NCBI GenBank assembly: GCA_951406725.2 | Contig: OX597817.1 | Span: 40,548,001 to 40,612,000 of the forward strand | Direction of reading: 5' to 3' | DNA from: Octopus vulgaris | Lineage: Eukaryota | DNA length: 64,000 nt | In this document: in pieces, positions 55,295 to 64,000 of the stretch | Numbering within the stretch: position 1 is the stretch's first letter | Layout: every line of letters starts with the position of its first letter | Translations under genes and position numbers: made by a program | Notes under the pieces: model-generated | What the model saw: the letters and a program-made list of their open reading frames with translations, nothing else | Told to the model about the DNA's origin: nothing | The model's database searches: none

Positions 55295-58200
55295 TTGATA
55301 ACGATGATGATGGTGGTGGTGGTCGCCGTCGTCATCGTCATCAACATCATTGTCATCACCATTGTCTTTTTTTTTAGAGTTTTGGAGTGTTGTTAAGAGT
55401 AAACTACTGTATTAAGTGTCTAACAATATTTAGGTTCAAATCCAGCTGGTACTGTCTATACATTTTATTTCTCTTGAATCTGTTAAATAAGTATCAGTAA
55501 TACTCTTGAGTGAAATGAATCAGTTATATCTCTCCTTTACAAATTCTTAGTCTCGTACATTTGTGAAAAATCCATGAGCATTCTCTTATCCTCATATATA
55601 TACATAAATATGAATATATGAATATCTGTGTGTATATATATGTATATATCATGTCCATAGATCTTCCATCAGTTTATCAGTTTCAATGGGGTGTGTTTGA
55701 TTTTTATCAACTGAACTACCTATTTATGTAGATGTAATATGTAGATGGCCTAGTATTCCACAGATGTGTGTCCATTATATATTAATAATTTTCAAGCTGC
55801 TGAATCTGTATGTACAAGGCCAGACCATGTGATAAGGCCAGACCATGTGACAAAGCCAGACCCTGTGACAAGACCAGACCATGTGACAAGGCTAGACCAT
55901 GTGACAAAGCCAGACCCTGTGACAAGGCCAGACCCTGTGACAAGGCCAGACCATGTGACAAGACCAGACCATGTGACAAGGCCAGACCATGTGACAAGAC
56001 CAGACCATGTGACAAGGCCAGACCATGTGGTAAGGCCAGACCATGTGACAAGGCTAGACCATGTGACAAGGCCAGACCCTGTGACAAGGCCAGACCATGT
56101 GACAAGACCAGACCATGTGACAAGGCCAGACCATGTGACAAGACCAGACCATGTGACAAGGCCAGATCATGTGACAAGGCCAGGCCATGTGACAAGGCCA
56201 GACCATGTGACAAGGTCAGTCCATTGAATTACAGTACAATCTTTCTAACAAGATTCCACACAGTTTCCATCTGTTTAATTTCACAGACAAAGCTTGTGTT
56301 AGCACTTCCCCAAGATGCCATACAAGAGAATTGAACTCACGATTTCATGATTGCAAAGCAAACTTCTTAATCAATTGGCTATACCTTCTCTCAATTATAC
56401 ACACACACACACACACATTTCACACACACACATTGCACACACACACATTGCACACACACACATTGCACACACACACATTGCACACACACACATTGCACAC
56501 ACACACATTGCACACACACACACACATTACACACACACATCGCACACACACACACACACATTGCACACACACACACACACATCACACACACTACACCTTA
56601 CATACACACATATACACATATAAGCTATGCAAGTACCACATATAAACTACACATACATACACACATTGCACACACACACACCACACAAACACACACATAC
56701 TCACACACACACATACACCATTTGTAGACACATACACACATATGAAGCAATGGCTAAAACAAAATAATTAAACATCACTTGCACTACATGCTACATGCAA
56801 ATAATTTTATAAGTATTGTGAGTAGAATAGTAAATACAAAACTATATGTATTTCACTCACCTTTCGAATGAGGAACATAGAAAATATGACTGTTAAAGGC
56901 AATCAACAGATCAGCTTTATTATTTAAAAAACATACAGATCCTAGAGATATATTCAGTATTATTTCTTGGAGTATTGTTCCAGACATGTCCCAGATCTTT
57001 ATGTTCCCATCACAGCTGAAGTAGAAAAAGGTTGGGTAAAATTAAGAAATAAAATAAGGCAACAAATACAATGTAATTATTGTCCCTATATTCCTCCTCT
57101 TATACATCAATGACTTACTTTCCATCATCTTCAAGAAAGATTACATCAATGCATATGATACCACTCCACATTGTTCCCTAAATTTCTGTGTCATCCATAA
57201 GCAACTTAAATATATATCTGTTTTGGCATGGTTTCTACAGCTGGATGCTTTACTAATGCCAATCACTTGGTAGTGAGTACTGGGTGCTTTTCGTGGAATC
57301 AACACTAGTAAGGTTGCCATGCAACTTGCAAAACTTAGATCTCCTTCAAATGAGTGGAATTACTGTAGTGAGAGAGGTGGATTTATGTGAGAAGATGAGG
57401 GTTTAATGTATGAGAGAAGGGACTAGAAATCAACAGTCTCTTGCTGTAGATGAGTTACATAGCTCCTCATGTTATAAATGGGAGGGTCAGAGTAACCAGG
57501 GTAGAGCTAGAAAGAAATCAAAATAGTGGGGGTGAGGTGTCAGGGTGGACTTACAAAGTACAAGATGAAAGGAAGTGAGTGGAGAGAGAACAAGAAGTAT
57601 GGGTGGATAGAATTTGCATGAGTGTATGAGAGAGTGAGAGGTGATTAGAGATAGAAAATGGGTGAGAGGATGGATATTCAGAAGACCAAGGGTTCAGTAG
57701 GGGAGAAAGGCAAGAATAGGTGACGACTGTAGAGATTGAATAGGGTTTAGGAGTGTGAAATAGTACTGAATTTAATAATTCAACATTTAAAAGGAAGAGG
57801 TTTTATGAAAGAACTAAAGGTGGTCTCAGGCAGGTTGAATAAGTGTACACTTTCTGTGAATTACAAATAATATATATCTCATTTTGGGACAGCTACATTA
57901 CAAACTGATTGTTAGATGAAGTATTGTGACTGGGACTCCATAGAAAACTTTATCTTCAAGTAATAAGTCATTCATCCATAGATCATCTCTCTCTGATAAA
58001 CCATGGGCACATACACTTAAAAGATCCTTCATCCAAGCTAAATTATTAAAAAACAACAACCCTAAAACACTGTCTTGTTCAGTTGAATAGCTAGATGCTA
58101 ATCTGGAGGGTATAGAAAAGGTCATAGCAACTCTGATCCTCTTCTCCTAATAAAAATTTACTTCATATCTATAAACATCTCAAATTTTCCATTCTAAGTT

Positions 58201-60271
58201 ACCCTTAATTTTCAGAGAAATTTTACTAAATCTTCCTCAGAATTCAAAACACAAAAGTATGAAATTTCCCTTTGTATCACTTTCATGAGGATATTTTCTT
58301 GTGAAATACATTGTCTATATTTCAATTAATTTTGAAAATGATCAAGAATTTAATGGGCTCTAGTAAAATAATTAATTTTATTAATTAATTAAAAGATTAA
58401 AATGTTGTTTGGAGCATAATTTAACTGAAAGGTTTTTAGATAAAACCATGATTTAATTATTGAACACTTTAATACAGGAAGAGGTTGAATGAAAGCAACA
58501 GAGGTAGCTTCAATTAGGCTGGTATCAAAAGGTTTAAGAAGCCAAGAATAAGTTTAGACTTGTTATGAACTAATAACAGTATTGTTCAATTCCATATTAG
58601 GATTAGTACCATTCAACTAATCCCATATTGGGTTTAGTGACACAACAAACTGATTATAAGCCTTCACAGTTCTCTATCATATGAAGCTCAGTTACATGTA
58701 AACAGATTAGAAACCCTTAAAAATCTTTATCTTCAAGTAGCAAGTGAACCAACTATAAATCGTCTTTCTTTTTCATGAAGCTATGAATTGTTTCTGAAAG
58801 TACAGATTTGACAAAGCATAATACAAAATGAATTGTCTTGAACTGGTAATTGTAACTGGGTCACATTATCTGCTTGCATGAAACTTATCGCTATATATAG
58901 CAGTTTAGTTACTGAGTTACTATATTAATGAGTATGAATTTATACTCTTTACTCTTTTACTTGTTTTAGTCATTTGACTGTAGCCATGCTGGAGCACCAC
59001 CTTTAGTCGAATGAATTGACCCCATGACTTATTCTTTGTAAGCCTAGTACATATTCTATCGGTCTCTTTTGCTGAACTGCTAAGTTACAGGGAAGTAAAC
59101 ACATCAGCATCGGTTGTCAAGCAATGTTGGGGGGACAAATACAACATACAAACGTATACACACACACACACATATATATATACATATATATATACGACGG
59201 GCTTCTTTCAGTTTCTGTCTGCCAAATCCACTCACAAGGCTTTGGTCGGCCCGAGGCTACAGTAGAAGACACTTGTCCAAGGTGCCATGCAGTGGGACTG
59301 AACCCGGAACCATTTGGTACATAAGCAAACTACTTGCCACACAGCCACTCCTACGCCTATATGTAATTTTTGATATGTAAAATTTGAGATATTTATAGGT
59401 ATGAAGTAAATTTTTATTAGGTGAAGAGGATCAGAGTTGCTATGACCTTTTCTATACCCTCCAGATTAATGAGATTAATATAGTTCAGGTCAATGTCTGT
59501 AAGAAAAATGTATTTTGGAGAGAACCAATGGACTTGTAACAAGGTGAATTCCACTAAATATACTAAAGGACCAGCTAGTAGGGTTCAACAATGTGACATG
59601 TTTGACCTTGCTCTTTGCAGTATCTGAAGCATCTAGCTATTCAACTGAACAAGACAGTGTTTTGGGGTTGTTTTATTTTAATAATTTGGCTTGGATGAAG
59701 GATCTGTGCCCATGGTTTATCAGAGAGAGATGATCTATGGATGAATGGCTTATTACTTGAGGATAAAGTTTAATGTAAATTTTAAGCTTTGAAATTCAAG
59801 TCAGATTAAATATGGAAAATATGGAAGGGTTCTTTCACACTCACAATACAACTGCTCTCATCTGACATTGAAATAAACTGTTTTTATATAACGTCATCTT
59901 GACAGGTATAAAGAACTTTATTTAGTATTGGCCTAGCAAATAAAAACTACTTTCAAAATGGCAGAATCAGAGTCCTTGCAGTATATATTTACTGCTTGTT
60001 ATATTCTGAGTTCAAATTCTGCTGTGGTCAAATTTGCTTTTTATCTTCTGGTTGTGATAACATAAAGGTACCAATCAAGTACTAGGGTTTATATATTTGA
60101 CTATGCCCCTCACCCAAAGATCTCAGGTAACAGCAAGTTGGATGTTTTACTACAGATGTTATTTATGATTAGCAATGAAAGTTTGTAGGTATCTAAGCTA
60201 TCAGTAGCAAATTTTTTGCTCTCTTTCAGAATAGAGTGAAGTTTTTTCGGTCTTTCATGTTTTAGCATCCA

Positions 60272-60318
<47 letters not shown>

Positions 60319-60550
60319 ACCCATGCTAGCATGGAAAACGGACACTAAATGATTATTATTATTATTATTATTATTATCATTATTATCTTTATTATTATTA
60401 TTTTTATTATTATCAAAAAGATACATTATGTACTTTACCTGCCTGAACAAAATATTTTCCTTTTACTGCATGTGTCAAGTGCTATAACTGCTTGTTTATG
60501 ACCAAAGGTATTGAGATATTTCTGGCCAAAAGTATGTTTTGGAGATTTTC
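2959..60550 (-). CDS. Multi-exon WD40-repeat protein gene (WDR87/WDR97-like), 16 exons in window, incomplete at both ends
   Basis: 16 exons with AG acceptors and GT donors (one donor uncertain) join in phase into one stop-free frame of 1773 nt. A WD40 repeat spans exons 1-2 (GH-x-V-x-L...F-x-SGS-x-DG-x-IKIWD), followed by ...[20 protein letters not shown], which resembles the last blade of WDR87/WDR97. Family assignment is from recalled similarity, not a search. Confidence 0.85.
3213..5395 (+). mobile_element. Degenerate 5'-truncated RTE LINE with reverse transcriptase domain
   Basis: [51 protein letters not shown] (YADD variant); stops and frameshifts; same 3'UTR and (ATG)n tail as the copy at 1-1133; interrupted by a SINE at 4475. 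Confidence 0.92.
4475..4701 (+). mobile_element. tRNA-derived SINE family B nested in the RTE; other copies at 8461-8680(+), 30348-30510(-), 39541-39757(-), 60724-60957(+)
   Basis: GAGCTGGCAGAA...GTTCAAATTC head; core GCCTTTCATCCTTTCGGGGTCGA; flanking direct repeat GGTATGGTCATGTGATGCA at 4456-4474 and 4702-4720 (TSD). Confidence 0.9.
6627..7112. mobile_element. pogo/Tigger-type MITE (related copy at 15570-15772)
   Basis: TA|CAGTGATCCCTCG ... CAAGGGATCACTG|TA terminal inverted repeats with TA TSD. Confidence 0.85.
7539..7887. mobile_element. hAT (Charlie-like) MITE (related copy at 41477-41998 contains an RTE tail)
   Basis: CAGTGGTTCTCAAC ... GCTGAAAACCCCTG termini; 8-bp TSD CTTTATAG/CTTTATAT. 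Confidence 0.8.
9585..10045 (-). mobile_element. 5'-truncated RTE 3'UTR; similar tails at about 2175-2335, 13110-13400, 17580-17790, 22762-22950, 26880-27070, 41577-41860, 43130-43575, 61560-61800, 62540-62690
   Basis: (CAT)n tail, GGATGCCCTTCCTAACGCCAAC motif and GTGCCACCGGCAC repeats shared with the LINEs at 1-1133 and 3213-5395; TSD-like CGGTTAACA/CGGTTGACA. Confidence 0.85.
10193..10285 (-). CDS. Exon 15: [31 protein letters not shown]
   Basis: Acceptor ttttctttgtttag, donor AAG|gtaaat; 93 nt, phase 2 to 2. Confidence 0.85.
10676..10731 (-). CDS. Exon 14: [19 protein letters not shown]
   Basis: Acceptor atattttcag, donor ATG|gttagt; 56 nt, phase 0 to 2. Confidence 0.78.
11159..11241 (-). 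CDS. Exon 13: [28 protein letters not shown]
   Basis: Acceptor ttttctcatatatatcag, donor GAA|gtaaga; 83 nt, phase 1 to 0. Confidence 0.78.
12820..12964 (-). CDS. Exon 12: [48 protein letters not shown]
   Basis: Acceptor ttcattaccag, donor GAG|gtaatc; 145 nt, phase 0 to 1; overlaps ORF 12773..13018. Confidence 0.75.
13954..14243. repeat. Foldback palindrome with about 140-bp arms and an 8-nt loop
   Basis: Arms are reverse complements with scattered mismatches; this explains the mirror-image ORFs 13877..14230 and 13950..14219. Confidence 0.92.
14413..14544 (-). CDS. Exon 11: [44 protein letters not shown]
   Basis: Acceptor ctgcag, donor GGA|gtaatt; 132 nt, phase 0 to 0; the only open frame. 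Confidence 0.72.
15311..15540. repeat. Palindromic Penelope-like terminal repeat with a hammerhead-type motif in each arm
   Basis: Arms of about 105 bp around a 10-nt spacer, between (TA)n tracts; GATAA-CTGAAGA-stemII-GAAA-CTTGGAG-TT-TTATC at 15441-15501. Confidence 0.75.
18152..18484 (-). mobile_element. 5'-truncated RTE-related LINE (second family) inserted in a SINE tail
   Basis: [23 protein letters not shown]...LLLWKP...MMDREVWR; (TGA)n tail; 12-bp TSD AGTAAAAGATAA at 18140-18151 and 18485-18496. Confidence 0.85.
19036..20315 (-). mobile_element. Full-length degenerate mariner transposon
   Basis: TIRs of about 30 bp (CTGGGTCATCCCATAAATAATGCAG / CTGCATTATTTATGGAACGACCAA) with TA flanks, about 1.28 kb; broken transposase with [32 protein letters not shown] and YSLDIASSD-like motifs. 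Confidence 0.92.
23147..24016 (+). mobile_element. Internally deleted maT-type (DD37D) Tc1/mariner fossil; related fragment at about 14750-15160
   Basis: [18 protein letters not shown]...YVW*QDSASCH...[18 protein letters not shown]; 37 residues between the second Asp and the mutated third Asp position; loose TIRs. Confidence 0.82.
25905..26110 (-). mobile_element. Penelope-like 3' terminal fragment
   Basis: GGAAGAGCGTAGGCTTGAAACG (degenerate hammerhead-like motif), T-rich end abutting (TA)n. Confidence 0.45.
27072..27312. repeat. (GGAA)n microsatellite
   Basis: Directly visible; source of the PSFL and GRKE ORFs. Confidence 0.97.
27612..27755 (-). CDS. Exon 10: [48 protein letters not shown]
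   Basis: Acceptor ttccttatcag, donor CCA|gtaagt; 144 nt, phase 0 to 0. Confidence 0.85.
28800..29430 (-). mobile_element. REL-endonuclease non-LTR retrotransposon 3' fragment (CRE-clade-like)
   Basis: HPLSC...[16 protein letters not shown]...LFWDATC...[12 protein letters not shown]...[12 protein letters not shown], i.e. a PD-(D/E)xK REL domain; frameshifted. Confidence 0.78.
34040..35885. mobile_element. Foldback-like composite element with long inverted arms
   Basis: Subterminal GGACAAAAGCCCC repeats on the left and GGGGCTTTTGTCC on the right; AAAAGCCCCCACGGTTATA mirrors TATAACCGTGGGGCTTTT; arms built from tandem SINE-A tails. Confidence 0.65.
35925..36381 (+). mobile_element. Non-autonomous Helitron (second family)
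   Basis: A|TC start, (GTCT)n near the 5' end, hairpin CCCGGGCAACGCCGGG, CTAG|T end. Confidence 0.85.
37968..38362 (-). mobile_element. Non-autonomous Helitron
   Basis: 5' A|TCTTTATATATAAAAG, 3' hairpin CCCGAGCAACGCCGGG plus CTAG|T, no TSD; near-identical copy at 48298-48688. Confidence 0.88.
38638..39000 (+). mobile_element. SINE family A copy, CpG-intact, 5' end truncated
   Basis: Aligns to the other copies; ends in GTAAAAGAGTAAAAGA. Confidence 0.88.
40867..41087 (-). CDS. Exon 9: [27 protein letters not shown]...VLTGSASST
   Basis: Acceptor gttttctttag, donor ACA|gtaagt; 221 nt, phase 1 to 0; overlaps ORF 40819..41046. Confidence 0.85.
42976..43651. mobile_element. piggyBac-type MITE nested in SINE D and containing an RTE tail
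   Basis: TTAA|CCCTTTTGGTACC ... GGTAATGAAAGGG|TTAA; removing it restores the SINE D sequence ...TTAAGGGTACAC. Confidence 0.82.
44354..44426 (-). CDS. Exon 8: [24 protein letters not shown]
   Basis: Acceptor ttctttgatttag, donor TTG|gtatgt; 73 nt, phase 0 to 1. Confidence 0.78.
45315..45893 (-). mobile_element. Non-autonomous Helitron (third family); a Helitron-like 5' fragment also at about 32930-33180(+)
   Basis: A|TCTGTATATATAAAAG start, hairpin CCCGGGCAAAGTCGGG, CTAG|T end. Confidence 0.8.
46099..46211 (-). CDS. Exon 7: [38 protein letters not shown] (3' boundary uncertain)
   Basis: Strong acceptor ttttgttgcag and phase-1 open frame. Donor is either GC-type AAG|gcaata or one of two weak GT sites (exon ending at 46093 or 46137). 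Confidence 0.65.
47125..47521 (-). mobile_element. SINE family A full-length copy
   Basis: Complete head-to-tail match to the family. Confidence 0.88.
47620..47746 (-). CDS. Exon 6: [42 protein letters not shown]
   Basis: Acceptor ttctacag, donor AAA|gtatgc; 127 nt, phase 0 to 1. Confidence 0.82.
48298..48688 (-). mobile_element. Non-autonomous Helitron (same family as 37968-38362)
   Basis: Same termini and body. Confidence 0.88.
50466..50549 (-). CDS. Exon 5: [28 protein letters not shown]
   Basis: Acceptor ttacag, donor GAG|gtatat; 84 nt, phase 0 to 0. Confidence 0.8.
50687..50751 (-). CDS. Exon 4: [22 protein letters not shown]
   Basis: Acceptor caacag, donor TTG|gtatgt; 65 nt, phase 1 to 0. 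Confidence 0.82.
50870..51188 (+). mobile_element. tRNA-derived SINE family D; other copies at 49982-50252 and 42790-43770 (split)
   Basis: Shares its head with family C but has a distinct 3' half (AAAGGGCCAGCCTTGTCACAC...CAACTGGAACC); three copies in the window. Confidence 0.85.
51421..52113 (-). mobile_element. R4/Dong-clade non-LTR retrotransposon 3' fragment
   Basis: [18 protein letters not shown] knuckle, [19 protein letters not shown], KxxxY, PVIIGVL; stop at 51532; flanked on both sides by (TATG)n; second 3' fragment at about 52320-52429. Confidence 0.85.
53096..53473. mobile_element. hAT (Charlie-like) MITE
   Basis: CAGTGTTTTTCAAC ... GTTGAGAAACGTTG termini; perfect 8-bp TSD CTCTAGAA at 53088-53095 and 53474-53481. 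Confidence 0.88.
53960..54010 (-). CDS. Exon 3: [17 protein letters not shown]
   Basis: Long polypyrimidine tract plus ttag, donor AAG|gtaatt; 51 nt, phase 1 to 1. Confidence 0.82.
54897..54973 (-). pseudogene. tRNA-like relic or SINE head
   Basis: 77 nt GGATTAC...GTTCAATGGTAGAAC...GTAGGTTTGGGCCCCAT...GCAGTCTCCA followed by a T-run; D-arm intact, anticodon and T arms broken. Confidence 0.45.
55813..56219. repeat. 18-bp minisatellite (ACAAGGCCAGACCATGTG), about 22 copies
   Basis: Direct tandem array with few variant units. Confidence 0.95.
56861..57015 (-). CDS. Exon 2: [51 protein letters not shown]
   Basis: Acceptor ttctacttcag, donor AAG|gtgagt; 155 nt, phase 2 to 1; DGxIKIWD motif. Confidence 0.93.
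58945..59360 (-). mobile_element. SINE family A full-length copy
   Basis: Complete head-to-tail match to the family. Confidence 0.88.
60439..60550 (-). CDS. Exon 1 (in window): [37 protein letters not shown]
   Basis: Acceptor ttttaaag|GA, donor CAG|gtaaag; 112 nt, phase 1 to 2; N-terminal half of the WD40 repeat. Confidence 0.9.
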
Positions 60551-61399
60551 CTTTAAAACACAAGAAAAAAAAAGAAGATTAAATCACCAGCATAAATATT
60601 CAGAACATGCTTCTAATATACTTCTTCATTGCTTATCTAAGTTACAATATTTTCATGTCAGCAAGTGAAACTCTGTTCAATCAGGTGACTTGTTAGAAAT
60701 AGCAGCCAAGGTTTCCCTAAATAAAGGCGGCGAGCTGGCAGAAATGTTAGCACACCAAGCAAAATGCTCAGTAGTATTTCGTCAGCCACTATGTTCTGAG
60801 TTCAAATTCTGCTGAGGTTGACTTTGCCTTCCATCCCTTCAAGATTGATAAATTAAGTACCAGTTACACAATGGGGTCAATGTAATTGACTTAGTCCCTT
60901 TGTCTGTCCTTGTTTGTCCCCTCTATGTTTAGCCCCTTGTGAGCAATAAAGAAATAAAGGTTTCCTCAAATTTCTTCCTACTAACTTTAAAACAAAACAC
61001 ATTACATAGACAAAAGACATAGACCATGTAGTTCCAGGTTCAGTCCCACTGCATGGTACCTTGGGCAAGTGTCTTTTACTAAAGCCCTGGAATGGCTAAA
61101 GCAATGTAAGTAGATTTGGTTGATGGAAACTTAAAGAAGCCTGTTGTATCTTGATATATAGATATCTATGATGGTATTATGGTATTGAGCAGACTATCAG
61201 ATGTTGCTACATATCACTAGTCACAATGCACTTTGCATTGTTTTAGCTTTCAAATGATAACATTCTGCTGGCTAGAAGTGTTTTGCTCAAGAACAGAATG
61301 TGCTGCCTGGTCTGGGAATCGAACCCATGGTCTAGCCATTGTGAGTGCAAAACCCTAACCACCAGGCCAGGCACCTTCTCATACATATATATGAATGTT

Positions 61400-61440
<41 letters not shown>

Positions 61441-63089
61441 ATGTGTGTTTGTGTGTTTGTGTTGGTATGTGTCCGTATGCATGCATGTGCATGTGTGTGT
61501 ATGTGTGTGCGTGTCTGTGTGTGTGTATGTGTGTATGTGTGTGTGTATTTGTGTATAACCTTGTCATGACATTGTATGATGATTGTAACTGAGAATACCG
61601 TCATACAAGAGATGTTATTGATTTCTAGTCTTCAATGAGAAATATGCCTGGCCATTGGGAAAACTATTACCTTGCTTGGAGACAAATGAGGGTTGGTGAC
61701 AGGAAGGGCGTCCAGCCATAGAAAATCTGCCTCAACAAATCACATCTGACCACTGCATGCATAGAAAAGTGATTACTAAATGATGATGATGATGATGATG
61801 ATGATGATCAGGAGGAGGAGGAGGGCAATGATGGTGATGATGATGATGATGATGTAGTCCTAACAAAGAGAATGGTCTTAGAAAAAAAACATTTTGATCA
61901 AAGGTTAAACAAACAATGGCTACAAAGAATTAACGTTTTCTACCCAATCTATATTATACATTATATATTGACCTTTAAACATATGGCATTTGATTTCTGG
62001 AACAATGCTTTAATATATTTCATATTATACAGACTCCCTATTTCAGTATCCACATAAATTTACTGATTCATATACACGCAAACAGAACCCATGTGTGCAC
62101 ACATGTGCAAGCATGCGCACGCACACACACACACAAACATCCACTCACGCACAAACACGCTAATGTGCACACAGGCACCCATGTTAAATAAATAATTATG
62201 CACCACATGGTGCAGGAAATAGAATCTGTTAGTTGACCTTCCATGATTAGAGGAATTCATCAATCAGTCTCGTTAATTCTATTAAGTTCATAGGATAGCA
62301 GAATGTGACGTGATGTTCATGCCTCACCCTAGAGCAGAGCATTAGTAGAATAATTATGTATATAACTGGAACAATGCTTGGCTTACATCCCCCAGTTCAC
62401 CAACAATTTACTGTCACTGCTATATTTACCCTCTCCTCATTTGTACATCTTTATCATCATCATCATCATTGACGTTTTATGTTCACAATTCTGAAGGTTG
62501 CAACAGATTGGTTGACCACACCTTGCTTCTTGCCCTGAGTATCATCATCATCATCATCATCATCATCATCGTTTAACGTCCGCTTTCCATGCTAGCATGG
62601 GTTGGACGGTTCAACTGGGGTCCGGATGGTGCTTTTTACGTGCCTTCGGCACGGAGACCAGACGAAGCTGGCAATGGCCACGGTCAGATATATATATATG
62701 CCAAAATACTGCCTGGATTTACCTGAGATTTTAACTAAGGACCTATACCTTCATGGAGGTACCGATCAACATCCATATCTTCTGCAAAAAGATGAGTTGT
62801 GAACATTATTCGCCCACCAATACTCTATTCTTCTATTTACTTCTTTATTATTTTATTTTATTTGTCATAAACTCTGAATATATTTCCTTCCTTGTAAATC
62901 GTAAATTTTTCCCTGTCTAAAATATTCATACCTTGTCTCACATAATGAAATATCGAGTGTGTGGACATGTTAACCTATCACTTGAGTTATCCCAGAAACA
63001 GCTGTAAGACTTCAAATTCACCTTAACCCAATTAAATTATTCTAAATGACTTGAGATACTCATTCTGCCTTGGTTTTGCTTTTTCCTCT

Positions 63090-63129
<40 letters not shown>

Positions 63130-63422
63130 GTGAATGGAAGAAATGGAGTTGAACGAAGATTGTACAGAATTCCTTTTATTACATTCAACCGTGTTTTTTC
63201 TGCTGTGATTTTTGCTACCCAGGTATCGGTTAAATTTTTGAATAATCCATAACAAGATAATTCATCTTTCCATTTCAACAAACAAATATATATATATATA
63301 TATATATATTTCAATAATAATAAAAGGGTAAAATTAATTAATTAATCAATTAATTAATTAACAATTAATAATTTCACCAAGTAGTTCACTGTGTACAAAA
63401 TAACCTTTTTAGGTAAAATTAT

Positions 63423-63557
63423 AACAAATATTCTATAATTATAAACATAATTATAATCAGCTAATTGCTTCACTACATACTGAGTTTAGAAATAGGAGTT
63501 AAAATGCCTTTTCCAACTACTATAAAGTTCTCCCAGACAACAACACACATGCACACA

Positions 63558-63593
<36 letters not shown>

Positions 63594-63723
63594 GTGTGTT
63601 ACTATCTGGGAGATCTTTATAGTAGTTGGAAAAAAACATTTTAATTCCTATTTCTAAATTCAGTGCATGGCGAAGCAATTAGTTGACCCCTGATTATAAC
63701 TATGTTTATAATTATAGAATATT

Positions 63724-63726
<3 letters not shown>
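63423..63726. repeat. Foldback palindrome with about 125-bp arms around an (AC)n spacer
   Basis: 63423-63548 is the reverse complement of 63594-63726 with mismatches and small indels. Confidence 0.88.
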
Positions 63727-63778
<52 letters not shown>

Positions 63779-64000
63779 TAATGGTGTCATTGAGATCCAA
63801 AGGTGTCAGGTAATGCTGAATAAGTGGTATAGACAGACCATAGTTAAGTTCCAGATTCGGTAGTGTTGCGAATAAAAGGTTCTATGTCGGCACGTGTATA
63901 AATGAATTTTTTTTGCGTAATGGGATAAAAAAACCAAGGCTGTATAGATATTAGAGCATTTATAGATAGAAGGTCTTACAGCTGTTTTTAGGATATCTGA

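Noticed and set aside
55245-55365. Poly-Asp coding exon on the plus strand
   Set aside because: It is a (GAT)n/(CAT)n simple repeat, and no other plus-strand exons were found to support a gene.
55766-56334. Minisatellite read as a CRISPR array or repeat-protein gene
   Set aside because: Units are contiguous with no unique spacers, there are no cas genes, and the context is a eukaryotic intron.

Overview
AT-rich, repeat-dense eukaryotic DNA. The SINE, LINE and microsatellite repertoire points to an octopus or other coleoid cephalopod (inferred, not proven). The whole window lies inside one minus-strand multi-exon gene: I joined 16 phase-compatible exons by hand (60550 to 2959, 1773 nt, about 590 aa, open at both ends). 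They encode a clear WD40 repeat ([31 protein letters not shown]) followed by a long acidic, Ser-rich tail, resembling WDR87/WDR97-type proteins. The introns hold RTE LINE remnants, four tRNA-derived SINE families, mariner and maT fossils, hAT/pogo/piggyBac MITEs, non-autonomous Helitrons, REL-endonuclease retrotransposon fragments, foldback palindromes and microsatellites. Main leads: (1) a captured RidA/UK114 coding fragment between 73-bp direct repeats; (2) an R4/Dong-clade retrotransposon that appears to insert repeatedly into (TATG)n; (3) a palindrome with a Penelope-type hammerhead motif on each strand; (4) a CpG-retaining 30-39 kb domain with a candidate internal start exon; (5) several short insertions apparently copied from nearby DNA. 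Most supplied ORFs are microsatellite or transposon artefacts. Repeat boundaries without a TSD or TIR are approximate.
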